Positions 1 to 9,128 of a stretch of 55,193 nucleotides of DNA are shown piece after piece; position 1 is the stretch's first letter, and every line of letters begins with the position of its first letter. The notes under the pieces were generated by a model. The model was not told the origin of the DNA and did no database searches. It saw only the letters and a program-made list of their open reading frames with translations. The position numbers were made by a program, and so were the translations under genes. Location: assembly GCA_002419025.1 (NCBI GenBank), contig DIFG01000005.1, positions 56,928 through 112,120 of the forward strand. Direction: 5' to 3'. Origin of the DNA: Deltaproteobacteria bacterium UBA5754. Its GTDB lineage: Bacteria; Desulfobacterota; Dissulfuribacteria; Dissulfuribacterales; UBA5754.

Positions 1-22
1 CTACCAATTCCGCCACTTCGGC
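1..22 (-). tRNA. 5' fragment of a class-II tRNA (most likely tRNA-Leu), cut by the window edge
   Basis: The reverse complement of 1-22 reads GCCGAAGTGGCGGAATTGGTAG. That is a 7-nt acceptor strand, UG, and a D-arm with the AAUUGGUAG loop typical of bacterial tRNA-Leu. The anticodon lies outside the window. Confidence 0.5.
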
Positions 23-31
23 ATGGCCTGT

Positions 32-60
32 ATTAAATAGATCAGCCATGTGATTGTCAA
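32..60 (-). promoter_or_regulatory. Sigma-70-type promoter for the edge tRNA
   Basis: The minus strand reads TTGACA (60-55), a 17-nt spacer, then TTTAAT (37-32). The tRNA 5' end lies 9 nt further downstream. The promoter overlaps the GTG at 50, which argues against that ribF start. Confidence 0.5.
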
Positions 61-91
61 GGATCGCAAGAGAAACGAGAGGGGAATCGGC

Positions 92-1057
92 ATGAAGGTC
101 TACAGGGGAATGGATGCCAATTTTGAACCGTTTCACCTCCCTGCGGTGACTGTCGGGAACTTCGACGGGGTGCATCGCGGCCACCAGGCCCTTTTCCAAA
201 AGACGGTCCAACTCGCGGAATCACGGCGGGGGGATGCAGTGGCGGTGACATTCGAGCCCCATCCCATGAAGGTCTTGCGCCCCGCCAACCCTCCCAAGTT
301 GATCTGCGACCTTGAGCACAAGTGCGAACTCATCTCAAGGGCCGGGATCAGCGCGCTCATAGTGATACCCTTCACCCGTGACTTTGCGGCGCGGACTGCA
401 GACGAATTCGTGAAGGGATTCCTTTTCGGCACACTCGGAATGCGGGACCTCGTGGTCGGATACGACTATGCCTGCGGAAAGGACCGACAGGGGAACATCC
501 CCTATCTCATCGCTGCCGGGCGCGAGCTTGGATTCGGAGTGCATGTGGTGCCGCCGATCACTATAGACGGGATGGTTGCGAGCAGCACCAAGGTGAGGGA
601 GCTCGTTTCAGCGGGAAGGATGCGGGATGTGGCGCGCCTGCTCGGCCGGTACTATCAGATACGAGGCGTGGTCCAGGAAGGGAAAAGGCGGGGCGGGCCT
701 GTCATCGGTTTTCCCACTGCCAATCTCCACCTCGACGAGGAGGAACTCGTCCCACGTTCGGGGGTATATGTGGTTCAGGTCATTCACGAGTCCAGGTGTT
801 ATGGAGGGGTCCTCAATATCGGGCGAAATCCCACCTTCGAGGACGACGAAATGTTGCGTGCCGAGGCCCATATCTTCGATTTCAACCGGGATATCTACGG
901 AGATCCCATCAAGATCAATCTCCTCGAGAGGATTCGGGAGGAAAGGCGGTTTCCCGGTCCGGGCGAGCTAGCCCGTCAGATCGCCGAGGACATCGAAGGC
1001 GCAAAGAAGATCCTCTCGTCGGAGGCCGATCTGGAACGGGCCTGCCTAGAGGCATGA
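92..1057 (+). CDS. ribF: Bifunctional riboflavin kinase / FAD synthetase
   Basis: Carries the GNFDGVHRGHQ nucleotidyltransferase motif and the GFPTANL riboflavin-kinase motif. The ATG at 92 follows GAGGGG with a 7-nt spacing. The ORF-track start at 50 (GTG) lies inside the tRNA promoter. Confidence 0.9.
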   Translation: MKVYRGMDANFEPFHLPAVTVGNFDGVHRGHQALFQKTVQLAESRRGDAVAVTFEPHPMKVLRPANPPKLICDLEHKCELISRAGISALIVIPFTRDFAARTADEFVKGFLFGTLGMRDLVVGYDYACGKDRQGNIPYLIAAGRELGFGVHVVPPITIDGMVASSTKVRELVSAGRMRDVARLLGRYYQIRGVVQEGKRRGGPVIGFPTANLHLDEEELVPRSGVYVVQVIHESRCYGGVLNIGRNPTFEDDEMLRAEAHIFDFNRDIYGDPIKINLLERIREERRFPGPGELARQIAEDIEGAKKILSSEADLERACLEA

Positions 1058-1061
1058 CGAA

Positions 1062-1091
1062 CAAAAAAGGGGCTGGTTGAAACCAGCCCCC
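1062..1091 (-). terminator. Rho-independent terminator for the ferredoxin gene (possibly bidirectional)
   Basis: The hairpin GGGGCTGG-ttgaaa-CCAGCCCC (1069-1090) is followed on the minus strand by TTTTTTGTT. On the plus strand no T-run follows it. Confidence 0.6.
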
Positions 1092-1116
1092 TCATGTCTC
1101 GGAAAAGGGAATTTTT

Positions 1117-1302
1117 TTACACTTCTTCGACGGTGATGGCCCCGACCGGACAGACCTCGACGCACGTCTCACAGCCGAGACAGTCTTCGGGTCTAGCTAT
1201 CACAGGCTTTCCATCCTCGAAGTCGTAAACCTGTGCGGGACAGGCGTTCACACATTCTTCATCGCCCTGGCACTTATCATAATCGATTGTGATCTGGAAC
1301 AT
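1117..1302 (-). CDS. Small 2x[4Fe-4S]-type ferredoxin
   Basis: A 61-aa protein with Cys clusters CQGDEECVNACP and CLGCETCVEVCP. Confidence 0.85.
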   Translation of the reverse strand: MFQITIDYDKCQGDEECVNACPAQVYDFEDGKPVIARPEDCLGCETCVEVCPVGAITVEEV

Positions 1303-1341
1303 GGCTGCCTCCTTTTGAGTTTAATGCAAATTATTTTGTTT

Positions 1342-1371
1342 CTTATAGAACATGGACGCTTTTCTTGTCAA
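1342..1371 (-). promoter_or_regulatory. Putative sigma-70 promoter of the ferredoxin gene
   Basis: The minus strand reads TTGACA (1371-1366), an 18-nt spacer, then TATAAG (1347-1342). Confidence 0.4.
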
Positions 1372-1406
1372 CACGGTTTTTTCAGGAAAGATCCTGACTC
1401 CCATTT

Positions 1407-1539
1407 GATGGTCTCGTAAAAAGTCCCAGACTCGTCATGCCGGACTTGATCCGGCATCCAGAACATATTGAAAACACTGGATTCCGGCCTCCGCCGGAAT
1501 GACGCCAAATTGGAATTTTCGACTTTTTACGAGACCATC
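1407..1539. mobile_element. MITE-like nested palindromic repeat, family 1, complete copy
   Basis: Perfect 19-bp terminal inverted repeats GATGGTCTCGTAAAAAGTC (1407-1425) and GACTTTTTACGAGACCATC (1521-1539). Two internal mutually inverted hairpin modules are present: CGTCATGCCGGACTTGATCCGGCATCCAG and CTGGATTCCGGCCTCCGCCGGAATGACG. The element is flanked by CCATTT on both sides (1401-1406 and 1540-1545). A second copy begins at 55149. Confidence 0.6.
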
Positions 1540-1593
1540 CCATTTGGGACCTTCGCGCTTTTCGGCGCGCCTTTTCCCCTTTATAGTGACAGA

Positions 1594-2247
1594 ATGCTCA
1601 TTTCCCATCGTTATAACTTCCTCTTTGTCCATATCGCAAAGACCGGGGGGACGAGTGTCCGCTCCGCACTCAACAGGTACCGATTCCGCGATCCCCATTT
1701 CATTCCAATGTCTATCTGCAGCAGGCTAAGCGCCCTTTTCGGCCACCGGCTCGCCTCCAAACTTCCCCGTCATGCCAAGGCCATAGCGGCACGGGAGATG
1801 CTTCCCCGCGAGGTGTTCGAAGGGCTTTTCAAGTTCGCCTTTGTGCGAAATCCCTGGGACCTTCAGGTCAGCTCATGGCATCACATTCAGAGGGAGCGCC
1901 CCCATCTCCTTGATGGTATCGGGGATTTCGAGACCTTTCTCCGATGGAAATTCGATAGGGATAGGCCATACCAGTTCCACATCGACACATCCATCGAGCT
2001 CCAGTCCGACTACCTCGTTGACCTTCATGGGAACGTCATTGTGGACTTCATCGGGCGATACGAAAGGCTCGAGGAGGACTTCGAAGAGGTCTGCAGAAAG
2101 ATAGGTATCCCTGCGCCAAGGCTCCCAGAAAAGAGGCGCGCCCGGAACAGAAGGGATTATCGTTCATATTACACGTGCGAGACCGCCGAACTCATCGCAC
2201 GCCATTTTGCGCGGGATATCGAGATGTTCGGTTATTCCTTCGACTGA
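1594..2247 (+). CDS. Sulfotransferase family protein
   Basis: Has a 5'-PSB-like motif HIAKTGGTSVRSAL and a VRNPWDLQVSSW motif. The ATG at 1594 lies just downstream of the MITE, so the ORF-track start at 1468 reads through the repeat. Confidence 0.75.
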   Translation: MLISHRYNFLFVHIAKTGGTSVRSALNRYRFRDPHFIPMSICSRLSALFGHRLASKLPRHAKAIAAREMLPREVFEGLFKFAFVRNPWDLQVSSWHHIQRERPHLLDGIGDFETFLRWKFDRDRPYQFHIDTSIELQSDYLVDLHGNVIVDFIGRYERLEEDFEEVCRKIGIPAPRLPEKRRARNRRDYRSYYTCETAELIARHFARDIEMFGYSFD

Positions 2248-3011
2248 CCCGGGTCGCCACTGACATGTTTTCCAGGGACTTGAAGGGGCGGCGTCTTTCT
2301 GCGGTCCTTGAAAAGGAGTTTCCAAAGGAATCCCGCCAGGCTGTCCCCGTAAGAGATGGCCTTTCTCGGGAGTTGGAAAGGGTCTTCGCCCGAAAGGGCG
2401 GCCCCTCTGACACAGGTGACCGCTGAGGCATAGCCGGCCTTTCTGGCCATTGCCACCGCCGCCTCGTCGTGGCTTCCATAGGGAAAGCAGAAGTGGCGGA
2501 TCGGGATTCCGAGGAGGGATTCGAGGTCCGTTTTGCTCTGGACGATTTCCCTGTGAAGGGTCTTCCGATCAAGGCCGGAAAGCCTCATATGACACATACC
2601 ATGGGAGCCGAAGGTGATGCCTTCCCGTACAAGGCCGAGGATCCTCTCTCTATCCATGAGGGGAGGGGGCGGCCTGCCGTCTGCCGCAAACCATTCGGCC
2701 CGTTTTCCCACGAGCCCTGAGACGAGATAGACGATCGCCGGAAATCGGTGGTGTTTGAGGACAGGAAAGGCGTGTTCGTAAAAGTTTTCGCAGCCGTCGT
2801 CAAAGGTGATGACAACGGCCCGTTGCGGTACTGGTCTTCCACCGGCAAGGGCGTCGAGGGCGTCGTCTAATGGGAGCACCGGGCATCGGAGACGGCTTAG
2901 AAGGGCCATCTGGGCCGCAAATCGCCGACGAAGGCAGTAAGTGGAACGGTGGGCCTTCATGGGTGGGAAATCGCCCACCTGATGATACATGAGGATGGAG
3001 ATCCCCTTCAC
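2232..3011 (-). CDS. Polysaccharide deacetylase (NodB-homology) family protein
   Basis: Motifs ILMYHQV and VVITFDDGCENFYEHAFPVLKHH. The 3' end overlaps the convergent sulfotransferase gene by 16 nt. Confidence 0.85.
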   Translation of the reverse strand: MKGISILMYHQVGDFPPMKAHRSTYCLRRRFAAQMALLSRLRCPVLPLDDALDALAGGRPVPQRAVVITFDDGCENFYEHAFPVLKHHRFPAIVYLVSGLVGKRAEWFAADGRPPPPLMDRERILGLVREGITFGSHGMCHMRLSGLDRKTLHREIVQSKTDLESLLGIPIRHFCFPYGSHDEAAVAMARKAGYASAVTCVRGAALSGEDPFQLPRKAISYGDSLAGFLWKLLFKDRRKTPPLQVPGKHVSGDPGQSKE

Positions 3012-4093
3012 AGGTCCCTCTGTGCAGGCACCGACATGAGCCTTTCATAGAGTTTCACATACCGGCGGACGATCGCCTCCCGGCTGAACTCTTTCCTGAC
3101 CTTTTCGCTTCCCCGATGCGCAATCCGCGCGGCAAGCGTTGGGTCTTCCAGGACCGAAACGATCCCACGGCCTAGTGCTGCTGGGTCCCTGCAGGGCACC
3201 TGCCATGCGTCCTCTCCGTGGCAGGTAATCTCAACAGCCCCACGGAACCGGGTGGTGACGAGGGGTTTTCCCGCAGCCCAGGCCTCGAGGATCACATTCC
3301 CGAAGGTCTCCTGTTCATGGGACGGAAAGACCACGAGGTCGGCGGCCTGGAAAAAGGGCTCGGGTTCAGTCTGCCACCCAGTCCAGACGGTCCTGTCTTC
3401 GATCCCGAGGGCCCTGGCCTGTGCCTTCAGGGATGCCCCAAGGGGTCCGTCCCCCAGAAGGAGGAGCCAGGGACGCCTTCCTTTGATCCGTTGGGGGATG
3501 TGCGAAAAGGCCTCCAGGAGCCCGGCGTGCCCCTTGACCTCGATGAATCGTCCGGCAGTCATGAGAACGATCGCATCTCCGGGGATCCCGAACGATAGCC
3601 TGAGGGAGTTGATCTCGTCTTTCGCTTTAGATTGCGGGATATCTATGAAGTTTCCGATGAGATAAACCCGATCGGCGGGAAAGCCGTTCTCAACGAGATA
3701 GTCGCCAAGGCCCCGTGTATTGACGATCCATGCATGGGCGTGGCGGTAGCCTGCGAGTTTGTAATACCCACCGAGGCGTGCGATGTGGACTGGGCCATGT
3801 CCCCGTTCCTGTCGGGTGAGCCGGGTCGCCCGGCCCATGTAGGTCTGGACCACGTCGGGCCTGAGTTTCTTGATCGTCCTGGAGACGGCCAGACGGGAAA
3901 AGGGGTCCCAGACGGTGCGCAGAGGGAGTTCCACGGTCGGGACCACGTCTCTTGCCGCACCGGCCACCTCGCTTCCCCTCCTCACAATGGCAGTCACCTC
4001 GACCCCATGCGTCGCCAATGCGGAGACGAGGCGGAGGAAAAAACGTTCCGCCCCCCCAAGGGTCTTGCTTCCGATGATGTGGACGGCCTTCAT
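3008..4093 (-). CDS. Glycosyltransferase, GT4 / GT-B fold
   Basis: The N-terminus MKAVHIIGSKTLGGAERF and the EQETFGNVILEAWAAGKPLV (EX7E-like) motif fit GT4. The internal ATG at 4093 is preferred over the ORF-track start at 4156. Confidence 0.85.
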   Translation of the reverse strand: MKAVHIIGSKTLGGAERFFLRLVSALATHGVEVTAIVRRGSEVAGAARDVVPTVELPLRTVWDPFSRLAVSRTIKKLRPDVVQTYMGRATRLTRQERGHGPVHIARLGGYYKLAGYRHAHAWIVNTRGLGDYLVENGFPADRVYLIGNFIDIPQSKAKDEINSLRLSFGIPGDAIVLMTAGRFIEVKGHAGLLEAFSHIPQRIKGRRPWLLLLGDGPLGASLKAQARALGIEDRTVWTGWQTEPEPFFQAADLVVFPSHEQETFGNVILEAWAAGKPLVTTRFRGAVEITCHGEDAWQVPCRDPAALGRGIVSVLEDPTLAARIAHRGSEKVRKEFSREAIVRRYVKLYERLMSVPAQRDL

Positions 4094-4224
4094 CAAGATT
4101 CCATAGGGGAACGTGTGGTCAGGATAGGGATCAAAAACGGTTCCGGATGACCACATCCTCTCATGGGGCAGAAGTCATGACCCATAGCCTTAACCTGGCC
4201 TCTGCAGGAGGGTTTCCGCGTCCT

Positions 4225-5034
4225 TCATGGAATGCGTGGCAGTCCTGGGCGCAGGGCGTGTTTAAGAAAATACCGAGACATGCTCGCCGCATGCCATCGC
4301 ATGTGCCGTGGATCGTGTCGGCTGGCGCGCCGGGCGGCGTGCACGACGCATGCGTCCGGGCAGAGCATCACCCGCCGTCCGGACCTCCAGAGACGGGTGC
4401 ACAGGTCCACGTCTTCGTAATAAAGGTAAAAACCCTCGTCGAAGCCCCCTATCGAGCTGAAATCTTTTCCGCGCACCAGCATGAACATGCCGGCCACCCA
4501 GGGGGCCGAACGCGGCGGATCCCCGAGGGAGAATCGCAGGCGTCCGTCATGGATCCCGCAGGCCTTCATGGCCAGACCCAAGATGGACGGAAAGCGCCGC
4601 GCGCTGTCTTCCAGGGATCCATGGGGAGCTACAACCGCAGGGGCGCACAGGCCGACTTGTTCGTCATTCATGCAGGACATGAGTACGGGAAAAGGGTTGT
4701 CGCAAAGTCGGACGTCGGGATTCAGAACCAAAAAAAACGGCGTTCGTACACGTAGAAAGGCCGTGTTATGATTGGCTCCGAACCCTTTAGGGCGCGTGTT
4801 GTCAAGCACGGTCAGGCGTTTCTGCGACCACCGGCCGTGATCCGGCTCGGGGATGTTTCGGGTGAGGATGATGTCCGCTATCTCGGGGCAGCGGGAGAGA
4901 TCCTCTATCAGGCCGGGAAGCAGGGAGGTGTGCCCATGGCTGACGATGGACACAGTGACGGATCCCTCGGAATTTCTAATCGGCATGGGCGAGTCGAATT
5001 TTTTCAGCGTCAGAGTGCATTGGAGAGGCCTCAT
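4225..5034 (-). CDS. Glycosyltransferase family 2
   Basis: Motifs VSIVSHGH and GMFMLVRGKDFSSIGGFDEGFYLYYEDVDLCTRLWRSG are typical of GT2 rhamnosyl-type transferases. The start is uncertain (5034 or 4986). Confidence 0.8.
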   Translation of the reverse strand: MRPLQCTLTLKKFDSPMPIRNSEGSVTVSIVSHGHTSLLPGLIEDLSRCPEIADIILTRNIPEPDHGRWSQKRLTVLDNTRPKGFGANHNTAFLRVRTPFFLVLNPDVRLCDNPFPVLMSCMNDEQVGLCAPAVVAPHGSLEDSARRFPSILGLAMKACGIHDGRLRFSLGDPPRSAPWVAGMFMLVRGKDFSSIGGFDEGFYLYYEDVDLCTRLWRSGRRVMLCPDACVVHAARRASRHDPRHMRWHAASMSRYFLKHALRPGLPRIP

Positions 5035-5053
5035 GTTCTGTATGCGGCAGGCG

Positions 5054-7714
5054 TCAGCCGGCGAGGATCTCCTCTATGACGGCAGGGACGGAAGCAATAG
5101 CTTTTGCAAGTTTTTCCCCTTCCGGTCCTCCAGCCTGGGCAAAGTCGGGACGGCCTCCGCCGCTTCCCCCCACGATGCGGGCCAGGCGTTTCATGAGCCC
5201 GCCCGCATGGATCCGTGAGACGAGATCCTTGCTCACTGAGGCCACGAGCAGGGCCTTTCCGTCCGCTGCGGCCCCGAGGACCGCGATTCCGGTTCCGAGG
5301 TGGTCCCGGACGCGGTCCGCGGTCTCGCGAAGGATCTTGGGATCACCGGCATCGAGGGTACTGGCCACGATCCGGATCCCGCGGACGATCCGGGCGGAGG
5401 TGACCGCGGCCTCGATGTCGAACCAGGCGGTCCGGGTAATGGCCTTTTCCAGTTCCTTTTCCAGTTCCTTGACCCGTTCCCTAAGGCGGGCGACTCTGGG
5501 GACCACCTCGGAACGCGGGCATTTGAGCCCGGCGGCGAGCTCCGCCCATTCCCGATCCTGAGCGTGGACCGCCTCCAGGGCGACCCGTCCGGTTACAGCC
5601 TCTATCCGGCGGACACCTGCCTGGATGCCTGATTCGGCAAAGATGCGAAAGAGACCGATCCCGCCCGTCTGTCGCATGTGGGTCCCGCCGCAGAGCTCCA
5701 TGCTGAAGCCGGGGATCGAGACGACCCGGACGCGTTCGCCGTATTTTTCCCCGAACAGGGCTATGGCCCCCTGCTTCATGGCCTCGTCACGTGAGAGGAC
5801 CTCGGTGACGACCGGGCGGTTGGCCCGGATTCCGCGGTTGACGATCTCCTCGACCCGGTGGATCTCCTCGAGGCCGAGGGCCGTGAGGTGGGTGAAGTCG
5901 AAGCGGAGGCGCTGGGGCCCCACGGACGAACCGGCCTGTTTCACGTGGTCTCCAAGGACCTCCCTGAGGGCCGCATGGAGGAGATGTGTGGCAGTATGGT
6001 TGCGGGCGGTGTCAAGTCTCCTGCCTTCAAGGACCCGAAGCTCCGCCTCTTCGCCCGTTCGAAGTTCACCCTTCACCACTTCAACGATGTGGACGATGAG
6101 ATCCCCCTTTTTGACCGTATCATGGACGACAGCGCTGCCGCCGAGGGAGACGATCTCTCCCATGTCTCCAACCTGACCGCCGGATTCGGGGTAAAAGGGG
6201 GTCTTGGATGCCACGAGCTCCCCTTTCCATCCAGTGACCGCCTTGTCGACGGGCTGACCGCCGTCCGCCACGAGGGCCATGATCTCTGATCGGGCCTGGA
6301 GGGTCTCGTAGCCGACGAATTCCGCGCCGATGCCCTCTTCCGCGAGCCTTTGGTAGACCTCAGGGATCTCCTCCAAAGTCGTTTGGCGGTGCGCGCTCCT
6401 GGACCTCGCCTTCTGTTCGGCCATGGCCCTTTCGAATCCCTCCCGGTCGAGCCCCAGACCTTCCTCCCGGGCCACGTCCTGGACGATATCCACGGGGAAT
6501 CCGTACGTGTCATAGAGCCTGAAGGCGAATGCACCGGGGATGACGGGCGAGGAGACCCCAGGGGCGCGCAGACGGGCGATCTCTTCTTCGAGGAGGCGGA
6601 GTCCGAACTCGAGGGTCTCCCGAAAGCGGGTCTCTTCATGGGAGATCATTTTTTCTATGGCGCTCTGGGAGGCGGCAAGCTCAGGATAGACGTTCGACAT
6701 GAGACGAACCACCTCCAGGGAGACCTTTGCGAGAAACGGTCTTTCGAGGCCGAGGACCCGTCCGTACCGCACGGCCCGTCGCATGATCCGTCTCAAAACG
6801 TATCCCCTGCCTTCGTTTGAGGGGACGACCCCGTCGGCCACGAGAAAGGCAGCGGCCCGGGCGTGATCCGCGATCACCCGCATGGCAACGGCGTCCCGGC
6901 CGCCCGCTGCGTAAGACCTACCGGATAGCCTCTCCACTGCCTCGGTCAGGGGCCTGAATGCGTCAATGTCGAAGTTGTTGGTCTTTCCCTGGCAGACCGC
7001 TGCGATCCGCTCGAGGCCCATGCCGGTGTCGATGCTTTTTCTGGGCAGGGGGGAGATGGCCCCGGATTCGTCCCGGAAGAACTGCATGAAGACCAGGTTC
7101 CAGATCTCGAGATATCGGTCGCAGTCGCAACCGACTGCGCAGTCCGGGGAGCCGCAGCCTGTCTCCGGTCCCTGGTCGTAGATGATCTCGGAGCAGGGTC
7201 CGCAGGGGCCGGTGTCGCCCATGGCCCAGAAATTGTCCTTTTCTCCGAGCCTGACGATGCGCTCCGTCGGGACGCCTGCTACATTCATCCAGAGGGCCGC
7301 GGCCTCGTCGTCGTCCTGAAAGACCGTGACCCAGAGCCTCTCAGGCGGGAGTTCGAGGACCCGGGTCAGGAATTCCCATGAGTAGGAGATGGCCTCCCGC
7401 TTGAAATAGTCCCCGAAGGAAAAGTTTCCGAGCATCTCGAAGAAGGTGTGATGCCGGGCGGTGTATCCCACGTTCTCGAGGTCGTTGTGTTTCCCCCCGG
7501 CCCGGACGCACTTCTGGCAGGAGGCGGCCCGGGAATAAGGCCGGTGTTCGTCACCAAGGAAGACGTGTTTGAACTGGACCATCCCTGCGTTCGTGAAGAG
7601 GAGGGTTGGGTCGTCGTGGGGGACAAGGGATGAACTCGGCACGATCTCGTGTCCTCGCCCGGCGAAGAATTCGAGGAAGAGGCGCCTTATTTCGGAAGAT
7701 AAGAGGGGTCGCAC
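5054..7714 (-). CDS. alaS: Alanine--tRNA ligase
   Basis: Contains SSEIRRLFLEFFAGRGHEIVPSSSLVPHDDPTLLFTNAGM and the C-terminal DHHA1-like region. A GTG at 7714, preceded by GAGGCG, gives the canonical N-terminal length. The ORF-track extension to 7867 overlaps recA. Confidence 0.95.
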   Translation of the reverse strand: MRPLLSSEIRRLFLEFFAGRGHEIVPSSSLVPHDDPTLLFTNAGMVQFKHVFLGDEHRPYSRAASCQKCVRAGGKHNDLENVGYTARHHTFFEMLGNFSFGDYFKREAISYSWEFLTRVLELPPERLWVTVFQDDDEAAALWMNVAGVPTERIVRLGEKDNFWAMGDTGPCGPCSEIIYDQGPETGCGSPDCAVGCDCDRYLEIWNLVFMQFFRDESGAISPLPRKSIDTGMGLERIAAVCQGKTNNFDIDAFRPLTEAVERLSGRSYAAGGRDAVAMRVIADHARAAAFLVADGVVPSNEGRGYVLRRIMRRAVRYGRVLGLERPFLAKVSLEVVRLMSNVYPELAASQSAIEKMISHEETRFRETLEFGLRLLEEEIARLRAPGVSSPVIPGAFAFRLYDTYGFPVDIVQDVAREEGLGLDREGFERAMAEQKARSRSAHRQTTLEEIPEVYQRLAEEGIGAEFVGYETLQARSEIMALVADGGQPVDKAVTGWKGELVASKTPFYPESGGQVGDMGEIVSLGGSAVVHDTVKKGDLIVHIVEVVKGELRTGEEAELRVLEGRRLDTARNHTATHLLHAALREVLGDHVKQAGSSVGPQRLRFDFTHLTALGLEEIHRVEEIVNRGIRANRPVVTEVLSRDEAMKQGAIALFGEKYGERVRVVSIPGFSMELCGGTHMRQTGGIGLFRIFAESGIQAGVRRIEAVTGRVALEAVHAQDREWAELAAGLKCPRSEVVPRVARLRERVKELEKELEKAITRTAWFDIEAAVTSARIVRGIRIVASTLDAGDPKILRETADRVRDHLGTGIAVLGAAADGKALLVASVSKDLVSRIHAGGLMKRLARIVGGSGGGRPDFAQAGGPEGEKLAKAIASVPAVIEEILAG

Positions 7715-7718
7715 TGTC

Positions 7719-8762
7719 TCACGCCTCAGTTTTTTCGTCCGGAGACGAGGCGGACGCTGCCTTGATCCCGTAGGACGATCGGATCTCTGAGGCGATGGAT
7801 CCGGAGACGTCAGGATGGGCCTTGAGGAAGGCCCGGACGTTTTCCCGGCCCTGGCCGAGGCGCTCACCCTTGTACGAGTACCATGCCCCGCTCTTTTCGA
7901 TGATGTCCACGGCGCTCGCCAGATCGATGAGGGTGCCCTCCTGGGAGATCCCCTCGCCGTAGTAGATGTCGAATTCCGCCTCCTTGAAGGGAGGGGCGAT
8001 CTTGTTCTTGACGATCTTTACCTTGGTCCGGTTCCCGATCACGTCCGGGCCCTCCTTTATGGAGGCGATCCGCCGGATGTCCATGCGCATGGTGGAGTAA
8101 AACTTGAGGGCGTTACCGCCCGTCGTGGTCTCAGGGTTTCCGAACATGACCCCGATCTTCATGCGGATCTGGTTGATGAAGATGAGGGCGGTCCGGGTCC
8201 GGCTGATGTTTCCTGTGAGTTTGCGGAGGGCCTGGGACATGAGCCTGGCCTGGAGCCCCACGTGCTGGTCCCCCATCTCGCCGTCGATCTCGGCCTTGGG
8301 GACGAGGGCCGCGACGGAATCCACCACTATGATGTCGAGGGCACCGCTCCGGACGAGGGAGTCCACGATCTCGAGGGCCTGTTCTCCGAAATCCGGCTGG
8401 GAGATGAGGAGCTCGTCCGTATTCACGCCGAGCTTCTTGGCATAGACCGGGTCCAGGGCGTGTTCCGCGTCCACGAAGGCCGCAAGCCCTCCGAGCTTCT
8501 GGGCCTCGGCGATCATGTGGAGGGCGAGGGTGGTCTTGCCCGAAGACTCGGGGCCGTAGATCTCGATAATCCTCCCTCTGGGAATGCCCCCTACGCCGGT
8601 GGCCAGGTCCACCGCAAGGGAACCGGTGGGGATGACGGCGATGTCCTCCACACCTCCCTTTTCTCCGAGGCGCATGATGGCCCCCTGCCCGAACTGCTTA
8701 TGGATCTGGGAGATGGCGATGTCCACCGCCCGCTTCCTGTCTTTTACCGTGGGTTCAGCCAT
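7719..8762 (-). CDS. recA: Recombinase RecA
   Basis: Contains [16 protein letters not shown] (Walker A) and overall RecA sequence. The second ATG (8762) has better spacing to AGGAAAGGA than the first (8771). Confidence 0.97.
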   Translation of the reverse strand: MAEPTVKDRKRAVDIAISQIHKQFGQGAIMRLGEKGGVEDIAVIPTGSLAVDLATGVGGIPRGRIIEIYGPESSGKTTLALHMIAEAQKLGGLAAFVDAEHALDPVYAKKLGVNTDELLISQPDFGEQALEIVDSLVRSGALDIIVVDSVAALVPKAEIDGEMGDQHVGLQARLMSQALRKLTGNISRTRTALIFINQIRMKIGVMFGNPETTTGGNALKFYSTMRMDIRRIASIKEGPDVIGNRTKVKIVKNKIAPPFKEAEFDIYYGEGISQEGTLIDLASAVDIIEKSGAWYSYKGERLGQGRENVRAFLKAHPDVSGSIASEIRSSYGIKAASASSPDEKTEA

Positions 8763-9128
8763 GGCGAACATTCCTTTCCTGATGGCATCTTAAAAAGCCT
8801 CATCCGCAGCTTTGCACGACGTCCCTGGTCACTTCGGACACGTAAAGGTATGCATCTTTCCCGGAGATCCGTGCGCCTTGCATCCGGAGTCTTTGACGAT
8901 CCATCCCCTTTGGGCCTTTTGCGAGACGATTTTCTTTGATGGGGACGAAAATGGACTATACTTTAACCCAAAATACAATGCGTTCATATATTGCGGCTTC
9001 ATCCAGTCGTGACGTAACGATCCATCCGGCTCCAGGTCTGGTAGGGGCTGCCTTCCTTCCGTATCCCTCCTGTACGTCTTGCCATTCTCGGACAGGTGGA
9101 TGTCAACATGTTTGCCTTGGGGCTGGGA

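Noticed and set aside
1435-1698. An 87-aa minus-strand ORF, and the 1468 start of the sulfotransferase ORF.
   Set aside because: Both are generated by reading through the family-1 palindromic repeat. Peptides such as IPAEAGIQ and SGLRRND are repeat translations.
7715-7867. N-terminal 51-aa extension of the alaS ORF (track start 7867).
   Set aside because: It overlaps the 3' end of recA in another frame. A GTG at 7714 with an SD gives the canonical AlaS N-terminus.
7815-8939. A 374-aa plus-strand ORF. Similar long ORFs are 9318-10478 (+), 28533-29804 (-), 33672-35093 (+), 41547-42443 (+), 48260-48979 (-), 50000-51019 (+) and 53052-54191 (-).
   Set aside because: Each lies antisense to a confidently recognised gene (recA, the kamA-like gene, secDF/murA, gspD, gspE, the HDOD gene, lgt, thrS). 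Their translations are Gly/Asp/Arg/Pro-rich low-complexity sequence, typical of shadow ORFs in GC-rich DNA. None has a motif I recognise.
8772-9128. Searched the 357-bp spacer upstream of recA for an SOS (LexA) box and a promoter.
   Set aside because: I found only partial resemblances (tGAACgcatTGTat, and a TATAGT hexamer without a well-spaced -35). Nothing matches the CTGT-N8-ACAG, GAAC-N4-GTTC or GGTT-N2-C-N4-G-N3-ACC types convincingly, so I made no call.
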